64,000 bases of DNA from Polynucleobacter sp. (GCF_044342855.1 NZ_JBIIPA010000008.1:146-64145); one strand, 5' to 3'; shown: positions 10,051-24,050, counted from the first letter of the stretch. Program-made: numbers and translations. Notes: generated from the sequence alone by a model not told the origin.

Positions 10051-11204
10051 GCGTTTTTATTAATGGCATTGGGATCAATAGCGCTCTTGGCTCAGGACTC
10101 AAGGAGACTGCTGCCAATCTATTTTCGGGCATAAGTCCGGGGATGCTTAAAACAGATAAGTACAGCTCAAATAAGCCAGTTTTTATTGGAGCCGTAGACA
10201 ACAATCTTCCGTCGGTGGCTAATTTTGATAAAAAATTGCGGTCCCGCAATAATCAATTACTGCTTTCCGCGTTTCAAGAAATCGAACCCTTAGTAGCAAA
10301 AGCACTTGAGGGTATTGATAAGAATCGCGTTGCGATTATCATCGGCACAAGTACCTCAGGAATTTCAGATGAAGAAGAGGCATTCCCTCACTTACTTGCT
10401 ACCGGCAAATTTCCAGATAACTTTGATTTACACCAACGTGAGTTTGCATCCCCATCTAATTTTCTAGCGGCACTTCTTGGCACTACTGGGCCAACATACT
10501 CCATATCTACTGCCTGCACTTCAAGTGCTAAAGCTTTGGCTAGCGGCGCAAGATTATTAAAAACCGGCTTAGTGGATGTCGTAATCGTAGGCGGCGTTGA
10601 TTCGCTTTGTAAATTTACTATCGCCGGGTTTGATGCGCTTGAATCAATCCCCCCTGAGCGGACCAACCCATTTTCAATCAATCGCAATGGCATCAATATT
10701 GGTGAAGCGGCAGCTCTATTTCTTATGAGTATGAAGGAAGGCCCCTATAAGCTCACTGGCTGGGGCGAGAGCTCAGACGGCCACCATATCTCCGCGCCCG
10801 ATCCAGCTGGCATTGGAGCTGCGTTAGCAATTAATTCAGCCCTGAGCATGTCCAAATTAGGCGCAGATGACATCGATTATGTCAATCTACATGGCACTGG
10901 AACACAGCAAAATGATGCTATGGAAGCTGGCGTAATCTCTCGATTATTTGGCGATACCGCTGCTAGCTCTACCAAACCTTTAACTGGTCATACATTAGGT
11001 GCAGCAGGTGCAGTAGAGGCAATCATCTCCTGCTTAGCGCTTGAGCATCAGAAGTATCCACCTCACTTGTGGGACAAACAACAAGATCCGGCATTGCCCA
11101 TCTTAAATTTCAATGGTGATATTGGAAAACCTATCAATACGATCATGACCAATAACTTTGCTTTTGGTGGCAACAACACATCCTTAATAATCGAGCGCTC
11201 TTGA
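10047..11204 (+). CDS. beta-ketoacyl-ACP synthase (ApeO-like)
   Basis: Cys-His-His triad context: STACTSSAKAL, HGTGTQQND and GHTLGAAG. The GTG start overlaps the upstream TGA. Confidence 0.85.
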   Translation: MSVFINGIGINSALGSGLKETAANLFSGISPGMLKTDKYSSNKPVFIGAVDNNLPSVANFDKKLRSRNNQLLLSAFQEIEPLVAKALEGIDKNRVAIIIGTSTSGISDEEEAFPHLLATGKFPDNFDLHQREFASPSNFLAALLGTTGPTYSISTACTSSAKALASGARLLKTGLVDVVIVGGVDSLCKFTIAGFDALESIPPERTNPFSINRNGINIGEAAALFLMSMKEGPYKLTGWGESSDGHHISAPDPAGIGAALAINSALSMSKLGADDIDYVNLHGTGTQQNDAMEAGVISRLFGDTAASSTKPLTGHTLGAAGAVEAIISCLALEHQKYPPHLWDKQQDPALPILNFNGDIGKPINTIMTNNFAFGGNNTSLIIERS

Positions 11205-11647
11205 TCTCCGATTTAGCCAAACTCCTCCCTCACGATGCGCCGATGGTCTTAATTGATCGTCTTATTAGCTATGAGGAGAATAAGATCGTAGTTGAGGTCA
11301 CAATTAAGGATGAATACCCATTTTGCGGTCCATTTATAGGTCCATGGGTTGCCATTGAATTTATGGCGCAAGCGGCAGGTGTTCATGCGGAACTCACAAA
11401 ACCAAATCCTGATGAAGAGGTCAAGATAGGATTCCTGCTTGGAACGCGACGCTTCACCTCAAACGTTTCGGAATTCATACCCGGATCAACTGTTACTGTC
11501 TCAGTTATCAGGGAATTCACTAGCGATGAGGGTGTTTCCGCCGCTACCGGGACAGTTTTTGACAGTATTGGCAATATTCTGTGCGAAGCCTCTCTCAGTT
11601 TGTTCCAGGCCAAGGACAATACTTTATATTTGAGGGATGAACCTTAA
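11201..11647 (+). CDS. hotdog-fold 3-hydroxyacyl-ACP dehydratase (ApeP-like)
   Basis: 148 aa with an LLPHDAPMVLIDRL N-terminus and an AIEFMAQAAG core. The TTG start overlaps the upstream TGA. Confidence 0.65.
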   Translation: MISDLAKLLPHDAPMVLIDRLISYEENKIVVEVTIKDEYPFCGPFIGPWVAIEFMAQAAGVHAELTKPNPDEEVKIGFLLGTRRFTSNVSEFIPGSTVTVSVIREFTSDEGVSAATGTVFDSIGNILCEASLSLFQAKDNTLYLRDEP

Positions 11648-12371
11648 TAAAACCGTTTTAATTACAGGTGCCAATAAAGGCATTGGATGCGCCATTGCTC
11701 AGCGCTTGGCAAAAGACGGCTACACCCTAGTTCTGCACTGCAGATCAAATATCGACCAATTAAAGCAAGTAGCAAAAGATATTGAGGCTACTACCCCAGT
11801 AAAGATTCAACTATTACAGTTTGATATCTCCAACAGAGCCCAAGCGAAAGAAATACTAGATGCCTACATTGAAGCGAATGGCGCTCCATATGGCGTTGTT
11901 TGCAATGCCGGAATAGCGGCTGACAATGCCTTTCCTGCAATGCTAGGCAATGAGTGGGATGAGGTTGTCGATACCAATCTTGGATCCTTCTATAACGTAC
12001 TCCATCCATTGGTAATGCCAATGGTATCGGCGAGAAAGCCCGGCCGAATTATCACTATGTCCTCAGTCTCTGGTATTGCAGGCAATCGAGGTCAAGTTAA
12101 TTACAGCGCATCAAAAGCTGGAATCATTGGCGCAACTAAAGCGCTTGCGGTTGAGTTAGCCAAACGCAACATTACCGTTAACTGTGTGGCTCCTGGGCTA
12201 ATCGATACAGAAATGGTTTCGGAAGAAGTTTTAGATGCCGCTCTAAAAATGATCCCAGCCCAGCGAGCAGGAAAGCCAGAGGAAGTTGCTGCAGCAGTTT
12301 CATTTCTCTTAAGCGATGATGCTGCATACATTACAAGACAAGTCATCTCGGTAAACGGGGGAATGATTTGA
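11637..12371 (+). CDS. fabG: 3-oxoacyl-ACP reductase, SDR family (FabG / ApeQ-like)
   Basis: TGANKGIG cofactor motif, NAG, and the YSASKAG catalytic YxxxK. Confidence 0.9.
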   Translation: MNLNKTVLITGANKGIGCAIAQRLAKDGYTLVLHCRSNIDQLKQVAKDIEATTPVKIQLLQFDISNRAQAKEILDAYIEANGAPYGVVCNAGIAADNAFPAMLGNEWDEVVDTNLGSFYNVLHPLVMPMVSARKPGRIITMSSVSGIAGNRGQVNYSASKAGIIGATKALAVELAKRNITVNCVAPGLIDTEMVSEEVLDAALKMIPAQRAGKPEEVAAAVSFLLSDDAAYITRQVISVNGGMI

Positions 12372-13612
12372 GCAAGAATAGACGCGTAGTAATTACCGGC
12401 TTTGGTGGAATCTCCCCGCTAGGCTGCGACTGGGAAACCATTTTCTCGAACCTGAAATCTTGCAAAAATAAAATTCAAAAGATTGCCGAATGGGAAGAGT
12501 ACAAAGGATTAAATACCCATCTTGCAGCACCAGCAGCTGATTTTGAGCTCCCTGCAGATAGATATAACCGCAAATCAATGAGAAGTATGGGGCGTGTTGC
12601 CCTAATGTCTTGCCGGGCAACGGATATGGCTCTAGAGGATGCTGGACTAACGAATACGGATACAGTGACCTCCGGTCGTACCGGCATCGCCTACGGCTCG
12701 TCTACAGGCTCTCCAGAGGCTCAATGTGACTTCTTCCAGCTGTTGGTAGATAAATCCACAAATGGCATCAATGCCTCCAGCTACATCAAAATGATGTCTC
12801 ATACTGCGGCGGTCAATATTGCTGTTTTCTTTGGCGTCACTGGTCGTGTCATTCCGACCTCTAGCGCTTGCACTTCCGGCAGCCAAGCAATTGGTTACGC
12901 CTATGAAGCAATTAAGTATGGGCATGCGGATGTCATGATTGCCGGCGGCGCTGAAGAGTTATCTCCAAGCGAGGTTGTTGTCTTTGATACCCTATTTGCC
13001 ACAAGCACCATGAACTCCACTCCTGAGCTTACTCCAAGCCCCTTTGGCAAGGATAGAGACGGGCTAGTTATCGGGGAAGGTGCTTGCACTGCCATTATTG
13101 AGGAATACGAACATGCCGTTAACCGAGGCGCCAAGATATATGCCGAGCTAGTTGGCTTTGGCACCAACTGTGATGGCACACATGTGACTCAACCTCAATC
13201 GGAGACCATGGCAAAGGCTATGGAATTAGCTCTTGCGGATGCTGACCTTGAGCCATCTAAAGTGGGCTATGTAAATGCACATGGCACAGCTACCAAGGAA
13301 GGTGACACTGCTGAAACAAAGGCTACAGAAAAGGTCTTTGGAAGTCGCATGCCGATTTCATCACTCAAAAGCTACATGGGTCACACCCTTGGCGCTTGCG
13401 GCGCTCTAGAGGCTTGGATGACCATTGGAATGATGAATGATGGCTGGTTCGCACCAACCCTCAATCTCCACGAGGTTGATCCAGCCTGCGGCAACTTGCA
13501 ATACATTAAAGGCAACGGCACACAGCTTGATTGCGACTACACCATGAGCAATAACTTCGCTTTCGGTGGAATTAATACCTCCTTAATCTTCAAGCGAATC
13601 CAAACAAATTAG
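12368..13612 (+). CDS. beta-ketoacyl-ACP synthase I/II type (ApeR-like)
   Basis: 414 aa with SSACTSGSQAIG, HGTATKEGD and GHTLGACG. The TTG start overlaps the upstream TGA. Confidence 0.9.
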   Translation: MSKNRRVVITGFGGISPLGCDWETIFSNLKSCKNKIQKIAEWEEYKGLNTHLAAPAADFELPADRYNRKSMRSMGRVALMSCRATDMALEDAGLTNTDTVTSGRTGIAYGSSTGSPEAQCDFFQLLVDKSTNGINASSYIKMMSHTAAVNIAVFFGVTGRVIPTSSACTSGSQAIGYAYEAIKYGHADVMIAGGAEELSPSEVVVFDTLFATSTMNSTPELTPSPFGKDRDGLVIGEGACTAIIEEYEHAVNRGAKIYAELVGFGTNCDGTHVTQPQSETMAKAMELALADADLEPSKVGYVNAHGTATKEGDTAETKATEKVFGSRMPISSLKSYMGHTLGACGALEAWMTIGMMNDGWFAPTLNLHEVDPACGNLQYIKGNGTQLDCDYTMSNNFAFGGINTSLIFKRIQTN

Positions 13613-13616
13613 AGCA

Positions 13617-14246
13617 GTGACTAGCCCGATCAAGATTTACCTACTCTGCACGAATTCGAATACATACGAGTCTTTGAGTGGTGGTTATCAGTTAAGCCCA
13701 TCAAGCAGGCTGAAACTTCAAGAGCGAAAAACAGAATTAGCGAAGAAACAGTTCATTGCTTCGCGAGCGCTGATTCATCACATTTATATCAATGACTTCA
13801 ATACCAAGACGGATAATACCGTGCAAATTATTGAGGGGGTTACCCCTAAGATGGAAGACTCTCCTGAGCTGCACATAGCAATTTCACATAGCCAAGAATA
13901 TGTAGCCGTCGCAATCTCTGAACAACTCATCGGACTAGATATCGAGCGCCCTCACAGAGACAGAAATTATCAGGAGATAGCCAACAAAGCGTTTCACATC
14001 AATGAATCAACGTGGATCAAAAACTCTACAAATCAAGAAGAGCTTGAATCTCGATTCTTTCAGGTATGGACAGCCAGAGAAAGCCTTTACAAACTTGGCA
14101 ATCTAGAAAATTTATTAGATCAAAATGTTGATGTACTTCAAGAAATAAAAAAGGAGGATTTTTCCTCCTTTTTCCATAAAGAAACAAATTTATATCTTTT
14201 CGCGGTTACAGCAATACCCGCGACCTTCGAAATAAATTTGATCTAG
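13617..14246 (+). CDS. 4'-phosphopantetheinyl transferase (Sfp/EntD type)
   Basis: IGLDIER followed about 43 aa later by WTARESLYK, the PPTase superfamily motifs. GTG start. Confidence 0.7.
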   Translation: MTSPIKIYLLCTNSNTYESLSGGYQLSPSSRLKLQERKTELAKKQFIASRALIHHIYINDFNTKTDNTVQIIEGVTPKMEDSPELHIAISHSQEYVAVAISEQLIGLDIERPHRDRNYQEIANKAFHINESTWIKNSTNQEELESRFFQVWTARESLYKLGNLENLLDQNVDVLQEIKKEDFSSFFHKETNLYLFAVTAIPATFEINLI

Positions 14247-14249
14247 CCA

Positions 14250-14570
14250 TTACTTCTTAGCTGGCTCTCTTGAAGCTGGCCCTACGATACATTTGAAGTC
14301 CAAATCAAATCTTGACATACCGCCTTCATTCATTGGATCTTGAGACATTTTTTCACCAACCACTAGAATAGATTTTCCACCCTGTTCTTCAGCACAGTAT
14401 TTCTCAGCGTGCTGATATGCACGTAATTTAACCTTGCCAGCATCTCCACGGTAAACCTCGATGGTATAAACGCCATTGCCCTTTGGCAAAACACCTGTTG
14501 TAGCAGCACAAGCAGCCAAAAACAAAACTAATAACAGTGAAAAAACGGATTTAATTTTCAAATTAGACAT
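14250..14570 (-). CDS. small lipoprotein (106 aa)
   Basis: Lipobox FLAAC. The start was trimmed to the ATG at 14570, which has AGGGG 5 nt upstream. The mature part has the two-Cys pattern YC...FKC. Confidence 0.6.
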   Translation of the reverse strand: MSNLKIKSVFSLLLVLFLAACAATTGVLPKGNGVYTIEVYRGDAGKVKLRAYQHAEKYCAEEQGGKSILVVGEKMSQDPMNEGGMSRFDLDFKCIVGPASREPAKK

Positions 14571-14702
14571 AATCGCCCCTTTTAATTTAATGTGAAATAT
14601 TGTCTTGGAATAAATATTCAAGCCATGAAGATTAGAACTTTGCCGACTGAGCTCTTATATCCATCATTAGATTAGAGACCCATTCGTTGTATTTTGGATG
14701 AA

Positions 14703-14825
14703 TCATAGCCTTTCCAGACTCATTGACCCTTGCATTCCTTGCGCCATTGGAATTACTCCAGACGTTGATACGCAAGCAGCCAAACCTATCGCGACAATAG
14801 CTGAGAAAAGTAAGCTTATTTTCAT
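14703..14825 (-). CDS. short lipoprotein-like ORF (40 aa), possibly a truncated paralog of the flanking lipoproteins
   Basis: My own translation gives MKISLLFSAIVAIGLAACVSTSGVIPMAQG... with lipobox GLAAC and an SGVIPM stretch like STGVVPM in the 14941 gene. It is below the 60-aa ORF-track cutoff. Confidence 0.3.
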   Translation of the reverse strand: MKISLLFSAIVAIGLAACVSTSGVIPMAQGMQGSMSLERL

Positions 14826-14940
14826 TATTTATTACGCGCTAAATGCGGGCCTTATTTGGAATTCATACATTTCATTATATTTATTAAAGCTATCGAAAGC
14901 CACCTAGTAAACTAGCGATATATCGATTTTGGAGCCTCAA

Positions 14941-15210
14941 TTGAAATATCTTCTATTTGCAATTCCTCTATTTCTATTGGCCTGCTCAAGTACTGGGGTA
15001 GTGCCAATGGATGGCGGCACTTTTATGATTGCCCAACGAAGCGCTCAAGTTGGTTTTGGCCCTCCAGATGGAGTTAAAGCGGATGTTTACAAAGAGGCTA
15101 ACGAGTTCTGCTCCAAACAGCAGAAGACTGTTGAGACTATTAAGCTCGATGTTACGAATTCAGGGTTTGGTAGACCAGGAAATGTCTCCCTGCAATTTAA
15201 GTGCAAGTAA
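14941..15210 (+). CDS. small lipoprotein, paralog of 14250-14570
   Basis: Lipobox FLLAC and the same FC...FKC two-Cys pattern. I prefer the TTG at 14941 with GGAG 7 nt upstream; the ORF track starts at 14929. Confidence 0.6.
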   Translation: MKYLLFAIPLFLLACSSTGVVPMDGGTFMIAQRSAQVGFGPPDGVKADVYKEANEFCSKQQKTVETIKLDVTNSGFGRPGNVSLQFKCK

Positions 15211-15231
15211 CAAGCTTTATTCAGGAATTAA

Positions 15232-15915
15232 ATGAATCTCCAGACTGACTTCTATCCAGATAGCAAATTCGGCGACTGGTTTATCAGATCTAATATCTGG
15301 TCTAAATATGTACTCAGGGAGACTATCTCCTCCCTGCGGGGTCTATACAAATCAATTCCAGCAAAAAGTAAGCCCGTCATCCTTGATGCGGGTTGCGGTT
15401 ACGGGCATTCATTTAAGTACCTCATTCGCTTCTTTAATCCAGGAGAAATTCTTGCCATTGATATCGACCCAAAAGTAATTCGGGTCGCCCAAATAGAGGC
15501 CAGAAAGTTTATAACCCCCGTGAAAGTTGAGACTGGCGATTGCTCCAGATTGCCATACGAAACAGCTTCCGTAGACATCATCTTTTGCCATCAAACACTA
15601 CATCACCTACTGGATCAAGAATCGGCCTTAAAAGAATATGCACGCGTTCTTAAGGCGGATGGAATCCTTGTGATGGCTGAGTCTACCAAGCTCTTTATTC
15701 AATCATTCATTATTGATTTATTGTTTAGACATCCGAACGCCTCTCAGAGGACAAAAGATGAGTACTTAGAGTTAATAAAGAATGCGGGCTTCGATACCAA
15801 CCTTGCTGCAATTGAAACCCCATTCCCCTGGTGGACGAAAAATCCTGTAGCCAAAAGAAATAGAGAGCCCCTGCTTTACATGGTTGCCCCTAAATCCCAG
15901 GCGGGAAATCAGTAA
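15232..15915 (+). CDS. class I SAM-dependent methyltransferase
   Basis: ILDAGCGYG motif I, and a DIIFCHQTLHH region typical of the Methyltransf_11 type. Confidence 0.8.
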   Translation: MNLQTDFYPDSKFGDWFIRSNIWSKYVLRETISSLRGLYKSIPAKSKPVILDAGCGYGHSFKYLIRFFNPGEILAIDIDPKVIRVAQIEARKFITPVKVETGDCSRLPYETASVDIIFCHQTLHHLLDQESALKEYARVLKADGILVMAESTKLFIQSFIIDLLFRHPNASQRTKDEYLELIKNAGFDTNLAAIETPFPWWTKNPVAKRNREPLLYMVAPKSQAGNQ

Positions 15916-16859
15916 TGATCTTATTAACAGGTGCCACTGGATATATTGGCTCACACCTCTGGGCTGAGCTATTAAAATCAAATTATCCAGTCATTGGCAT
16001 AGATAATTTATCCAACTCAAATCGAGAAACCCTTGAGGTAATTAAGGAAGCATCGGGATCGTCGCCTATATTTTTGGAGGGTGATGTAAGAGATACTCAA
16101 TTTCTTGATCATGTTTTTACAAAATATCCAATTGATCTAGTTATTCATTTAGCAGCACTTAAAGACATTCAAGACTCCATGTTACATAGGCAGGAGTATG
16201 AAGATTGCAATGTTGGCGGGATGAGATCTTTGCTACAAATCATGAATGAATATCGCTGCAAGAAGCTTGTATTTAGCTCTTCGGCAGCTATTTATGGCGA
16301 TCAGGCCATTTCACCAATCAGCGAAACATCGATACCAGCGCCCTCTAATGTTTATGGCGAAACAAAGCTCGAATGCGAGCGACTCATTTCATTAGAGCCC
16401 AGCATAAAAAGTATCGTCTTAAGGTTTTTTAACGTCTCAGGAAGCTATCTTCCAATAGCCCGCATTAATTCACACTCGTTATTTGATGCGATTGAAAAGG
16501 TCACCTCACACAGCACTGATAAATTAAATATTTTTGGCGGGGATTGGCCGACGAAAGATGGAACCTGCATAAGAGACTATCTTCACATTAGCGATTTAAT
16601 TGATGGGCATATCTCAGCAATATCACTTTTAAACTCAAATGGAAAATCCGCCACAATCAATCTTGGCTCTGGCAAAGGCTTTAGCGTGCTAGATGTCATT
16701 AAGACCTTTGAGGAAATTTCTGGCGCTGAGGTGCCCAAGACAATTGCTTCAAGACGACCCGGAGATATTGCAATCAGCCTTGCTGATGTAAATTTAGCCA
16801 AAAATCTTATTAAATGGAGCCCCAAAAGAAATTTAATGGATATCTGCCAAAGCATATAA
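15915..16859 (+). CDS. galE: UDP-glucose 4-epimerase
   Basis: LLTGATGYIGSH Rossmann motif, SSSAAIYG, YGETK (YxxxK) and DGTCIRDYLHISDL. Collinear with E. coli GalE. Confidence 0.8.
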   Translation: MILLTGATGYIGSHLWAELLKSNYPVIGIDNLSNSNRETLEVIKEASGSSPIFLEGDVRDTQFLDHVFTKYPIDLVIHLAALKDIQDSMLHRQEYEDCNVGGMRSLLQIMNEYRCKKLVFSSSAAIYGDQAISPISETSIPAPSNVYGETKLECERLISLEPSIKSIVLRFFNVSGSYLPIARINSHSLFDAIEKVTSHSTDKLNIFGGDWPTKDGTCIRDYLHISDLIDGHISAISLLNSNGKSATINLGSGKGFSVLDVIKTFEEISGAEVPKTIASRRPGDIAISLADVNLAKNLIKWSPKRNLMDICQSI

Positions 16860-16892
16860 TATTTAGAATTATTAATGTTAAGGTTGAATTCA

Positions 16893-17537
16893 ATGAATTT
16901 CTCACTAAAGCTAGTTTCCAGTCTTTTTATTACCATTGCTGTTACAGGGTGCGCCACTAGCCGCAGCAGTTTAGATATTCAAATACCAAAAGCTCAAAAT
17001 GCCCAATCCAATGGGAAGCAGGTATACATTAATTCAGTCTCCGACAAAAGAGTCTTTCAGGTAAGCCCTCCCAATCCAGATATCCCATCTCTAGATCCAT
17101 CAGAGGATCAGAATGAGCAAATCAAACTCAGGGCAATTGGTCGTAAGCGTAATGGCTTTGGAAAGGCCTTAGGCGACATGCTCCTCAAGGAAGGGGAAAC
17201 TGTCCAATCCCTAACCAACCAGTCAATTCAGCAAGCCTTTGCTGAAAAGGGTTACACGGTTCTTAGCTCGAAAGACCAAGTGACTAAAGACACTTATATT
17301 GTTGATGCAAATATTCAAAAATTCTGGGCATGGATGAATCCTGGCTTTTGGCAACTCACTTTGAGCGGCGAAATTTCCACAGATTTAGCTATCAAGGCGC
17401 CAAAAGGCACTACATCCCAGCAGATCTCAGTTAAGGCAGCCGACGGCTACCAGGTTGCAACTGAGGCCAATTGGGCGGAAATTATTCAAAAGTCTATTCA
17501 ACTTTATATCAACGATCTAAAGTCAAAACTAAATTAG
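16893..17537 (+). CDS. lipoprotein (YajG-like architecture)
   Basis: Lipobox VTGC. Its length and alternating beta-type pattern resemble YajG, but the family assignment is weak. Confidence 0.5.
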   Translation: MNFSLKLVSSLFITIAVTGCATSRSSLDIQIPKAQNAQSNGKQVYINSVSDKRVFQVSPPNPDIPSLDPSEDQNEQIKLRAIGRKRNGFGKALGDMLLKEGETVQSLTNQSIQQAFAEKGYTVLSSKDQVTKDTYIVDANIQKFWAWMNPGFWQLTLSGEISTDLAIKAPKGTTSQQISVKAADGYQVATEANWAEIIQKSIQLYINDLKSKLN

Positions 17538-17686
17538 TACAATTGATTTTGAGCTGGAAGGCGGCTTTTAGCTCGATCTCCCGTCGACTCAATATTTTTG
17601 AGCAATGTTTTGCTGGTGGGTAGACTGGTGGGTAGGCAAGACTCTAAAGAATGAAGCCTTATGTATAAAGGCTCTCATGTCGATAC

Positions 17687-17776
<90 letters not shown>

Positions 17777-17830
17777 GTTAACTACAGGATATAACTTAAA
17801 CACCATCCCCACTTAAAGTCCGGGGTTTTA

Positions 17831-18235
17831 TTACTCGCAAACACCTGTCATCAGAAGCGCACCAGAAAAGAATCCAAAAGGCTTCTTGCTGCCTTTTACA
17901 AACTCTTCGATGCTGAGATATTCCACAAAAAAGCCATTCTTACCTTCAGCTTTTTGGGTCCAAATGACTTTATAGGCATTGCCCTTGCTTCCAGATGCGA
18001 TGACCTTAGGCTTCCCCAAAGAATCCATCACATCTCCAACAACTTCCCCAGTTTTCTTAATCACCACAAATTCCAGACCAACTCTAGGGCTGTCTTGAAC
18101 TACCGCTAACCCCCCATTAGTTTTAATGTATGCATCACTTAATACTTCGCAGCGATAGAATTTTTCAGCAGCGAAAATACCTGGAGATATCAATGCTGCG
18201 CCAATGAAGCTTAAAACTATTGAGCACTTATTCAT
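17831..18235 (-). CDS. exported hypothetical protein
   Basis: Signal peptide MNKCSIVLSFIGAALISPGIFA-AE. One Cys near each end of the mature protein. No family recognised. Confidence 0.5.
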   Translation of the reverse strand: MNKCSIVLSFIGAALISPGIFAAEKFYRCEVLSDAYIKTNGGLAVVQDSPRVGLEFVVIKKTGEVVGDVMDSLGKPKVIASGSKGNAYKVIWTQKAEGKNGFFVEYLSIEEFVKGSKKPFGFFSGALLMTGVCE

Positions 18236-18266
18236 TTGACTGAGCCCACTTTTCACTTGCTCTAAG

Positions 18267-19592
<1,326 letters not shown>

Positions 19593-19634
19593 TTAGGGTA
19601 TGGTGGGTGCGAATTTTTTATTGCTAATGTAGCT

Positions 19635-20318
19635 CTAGTTTAAGCGTAAGACTTCCGCTCCAGCGGGCGGTACAAAAGTAAAGCGATTGGCAGGCAGGTT
19701 CACATTGAGCTGGATCTTATCCAAGGTGACCAACACCACACTACCTAAGCCATCAATGAGTTCTAGCGCTTTAGGTAGGCCATTGACCATTCCTACGGAG
19801 ATCTTGGTGTACGGCAAGTCGTTGCCATTTTTGGCATTAGGATTCTTCTTGGGTACGAGAGCAACCCATTTCATACCCAGGCGATCCTCGCCTTCAACTA
19901 AATCAAAATGCTGATCTAGAGAGGTCTCACCAAATAGGATTGCAGCAGGGGTAGCAGCCAAAGCCTGACCAGCAGGTCTGAAAGTTGCTTGATTTAAATC
20001 CTTATCCCACAAAATAAGTTGCTTGCCATCGGCAATCAGTTTTTGCTCATATGGCTTTTGGGTATCCCAGATAAATCGGCCTGGGCGCTGAAACACAAAA
20101 CGCCCTTGTGTTTGACGAACCACTTTTAAACCTTTGTCTTGTGGTTCATTTGCTTTGGGTGCGCGCAACTGCTGCTGCACAAAGTCACCCTCAGCTGTTT
20201 TGGAGTTACGCACAAACTGACGTAACTGCTCCGCACCACTCTCACCATCCGCAAATACTATGCTTGGAGATAAAAGAACTGTGAGCCCTAAAGCTGCTGC
20301 TGAAAAAAATCTACGCAA
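19635..20318 (-). CDS. lolA: outer-membrane lipoprotein carrier protein LolA
   Basis: Signal peptide followed by the FxQ...GxF LolA pattern, in the classic ftsK-lolA-serS order. I chose the TTG at 20318; the ATG at 20369 would overlap ftsK by 41 nt. Confidence 0.85.
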   Translation of the reverse strand: MRRFFSAAALGLTVLLSPSIVFADGESGAEQLRQFVRNSKTAEGDFVQQQLRAPKANEPQDKGLKVVRQTQGRFVFQRPGRFIWDTQKPYEQKLIADGKQLILWDKDLNQATFRPAGQALAATPAAILFGETSLDQHFDLVEGEDRLGMKWVALVPKKNPNAKNGNDLPYTKISVGMVNGLPKALELIDGLGSVVLVTLDKIQLNVNLPANRFTFVPPAGAEVLRLN

Positions 20319-20328
20319 GGGGATCGCC

Positions 20329-23637
<3,309 letters not shown>

Positions 23638-23663
23638 TTCAAGCTAAGTAAGGGAAATCAAAT

Positions 23664-23695
23664 AAAAATGCCTAGCAATGCTAGGCATTTTTATT
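23664..23695. terminator. bidirectional rho-independent terminator between trxB and the TA pair
   Basis: An 8-bp stem TGCCTAGC/GCTAGGCA with an AAT loop, flanked by an A-run and a T-run. Confidence 0.6.
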
Positions 23696-23708
23696 TCTAA
23701 GCTAGCTA

Positions 23709-24050
23709 TCAAACACTGAGGGCTAATAATGCAATCTCAGGCGCCCTATCCAAAATCTTCAATAAAGCTTTAGCCGCACCAGTAGGTCTACGCTTTCCTT
23801 GCTCCCAGTTTCGAATGGTTTCTAAAGATACTTCGATCCGTTTGGAAAACTCCTGCTGAGATAAACCAATTCTTTCTCGTACGCCTTTTGCATACTTAGC
23901 AGCATCCAACATTGCCTCTGCATCATCTTGCCGTTGATGCAACTTAATCAAACGCTCTGATGTCGCATCCAGTAATTTTTTATCGACGAATCCTTTAGGG
24001 AAGCTACTAGGATCATTGAGATCCACGCTAACTCGAACGGTTTTCTTCAT
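23709..24050 (-). CDS. HTH (XRE-type) antitoxin partner of BrnT
   Basis: 113 aa with a C-terminal LSQQEFSKRIEVSLETIRNWEQGKRRP helix-turn-helix. It overlaps the upstream toxin gene by 23 nt. Confidence 0.7.
   Translation of the reverse strand: MKKTVRVSVDLNDPSSFPKGFVDKKLLDATSERLIKLHQRQDDAEAMLDAAKYAKGVRERIGLSQQEFSKRIEVSLETIRNWEQGKRRPTGAAKALLKILDRAPEIALLALSV

Noticed and set aside
14698-14907. A 69-aa + strand ORF in the intergenic region between the lipoprotein genes.
   Set aside because: It has no RBS and no recognisable features. It is antisense to the much more convincing signal-peptide/lipobox ORF at 14703-14825.
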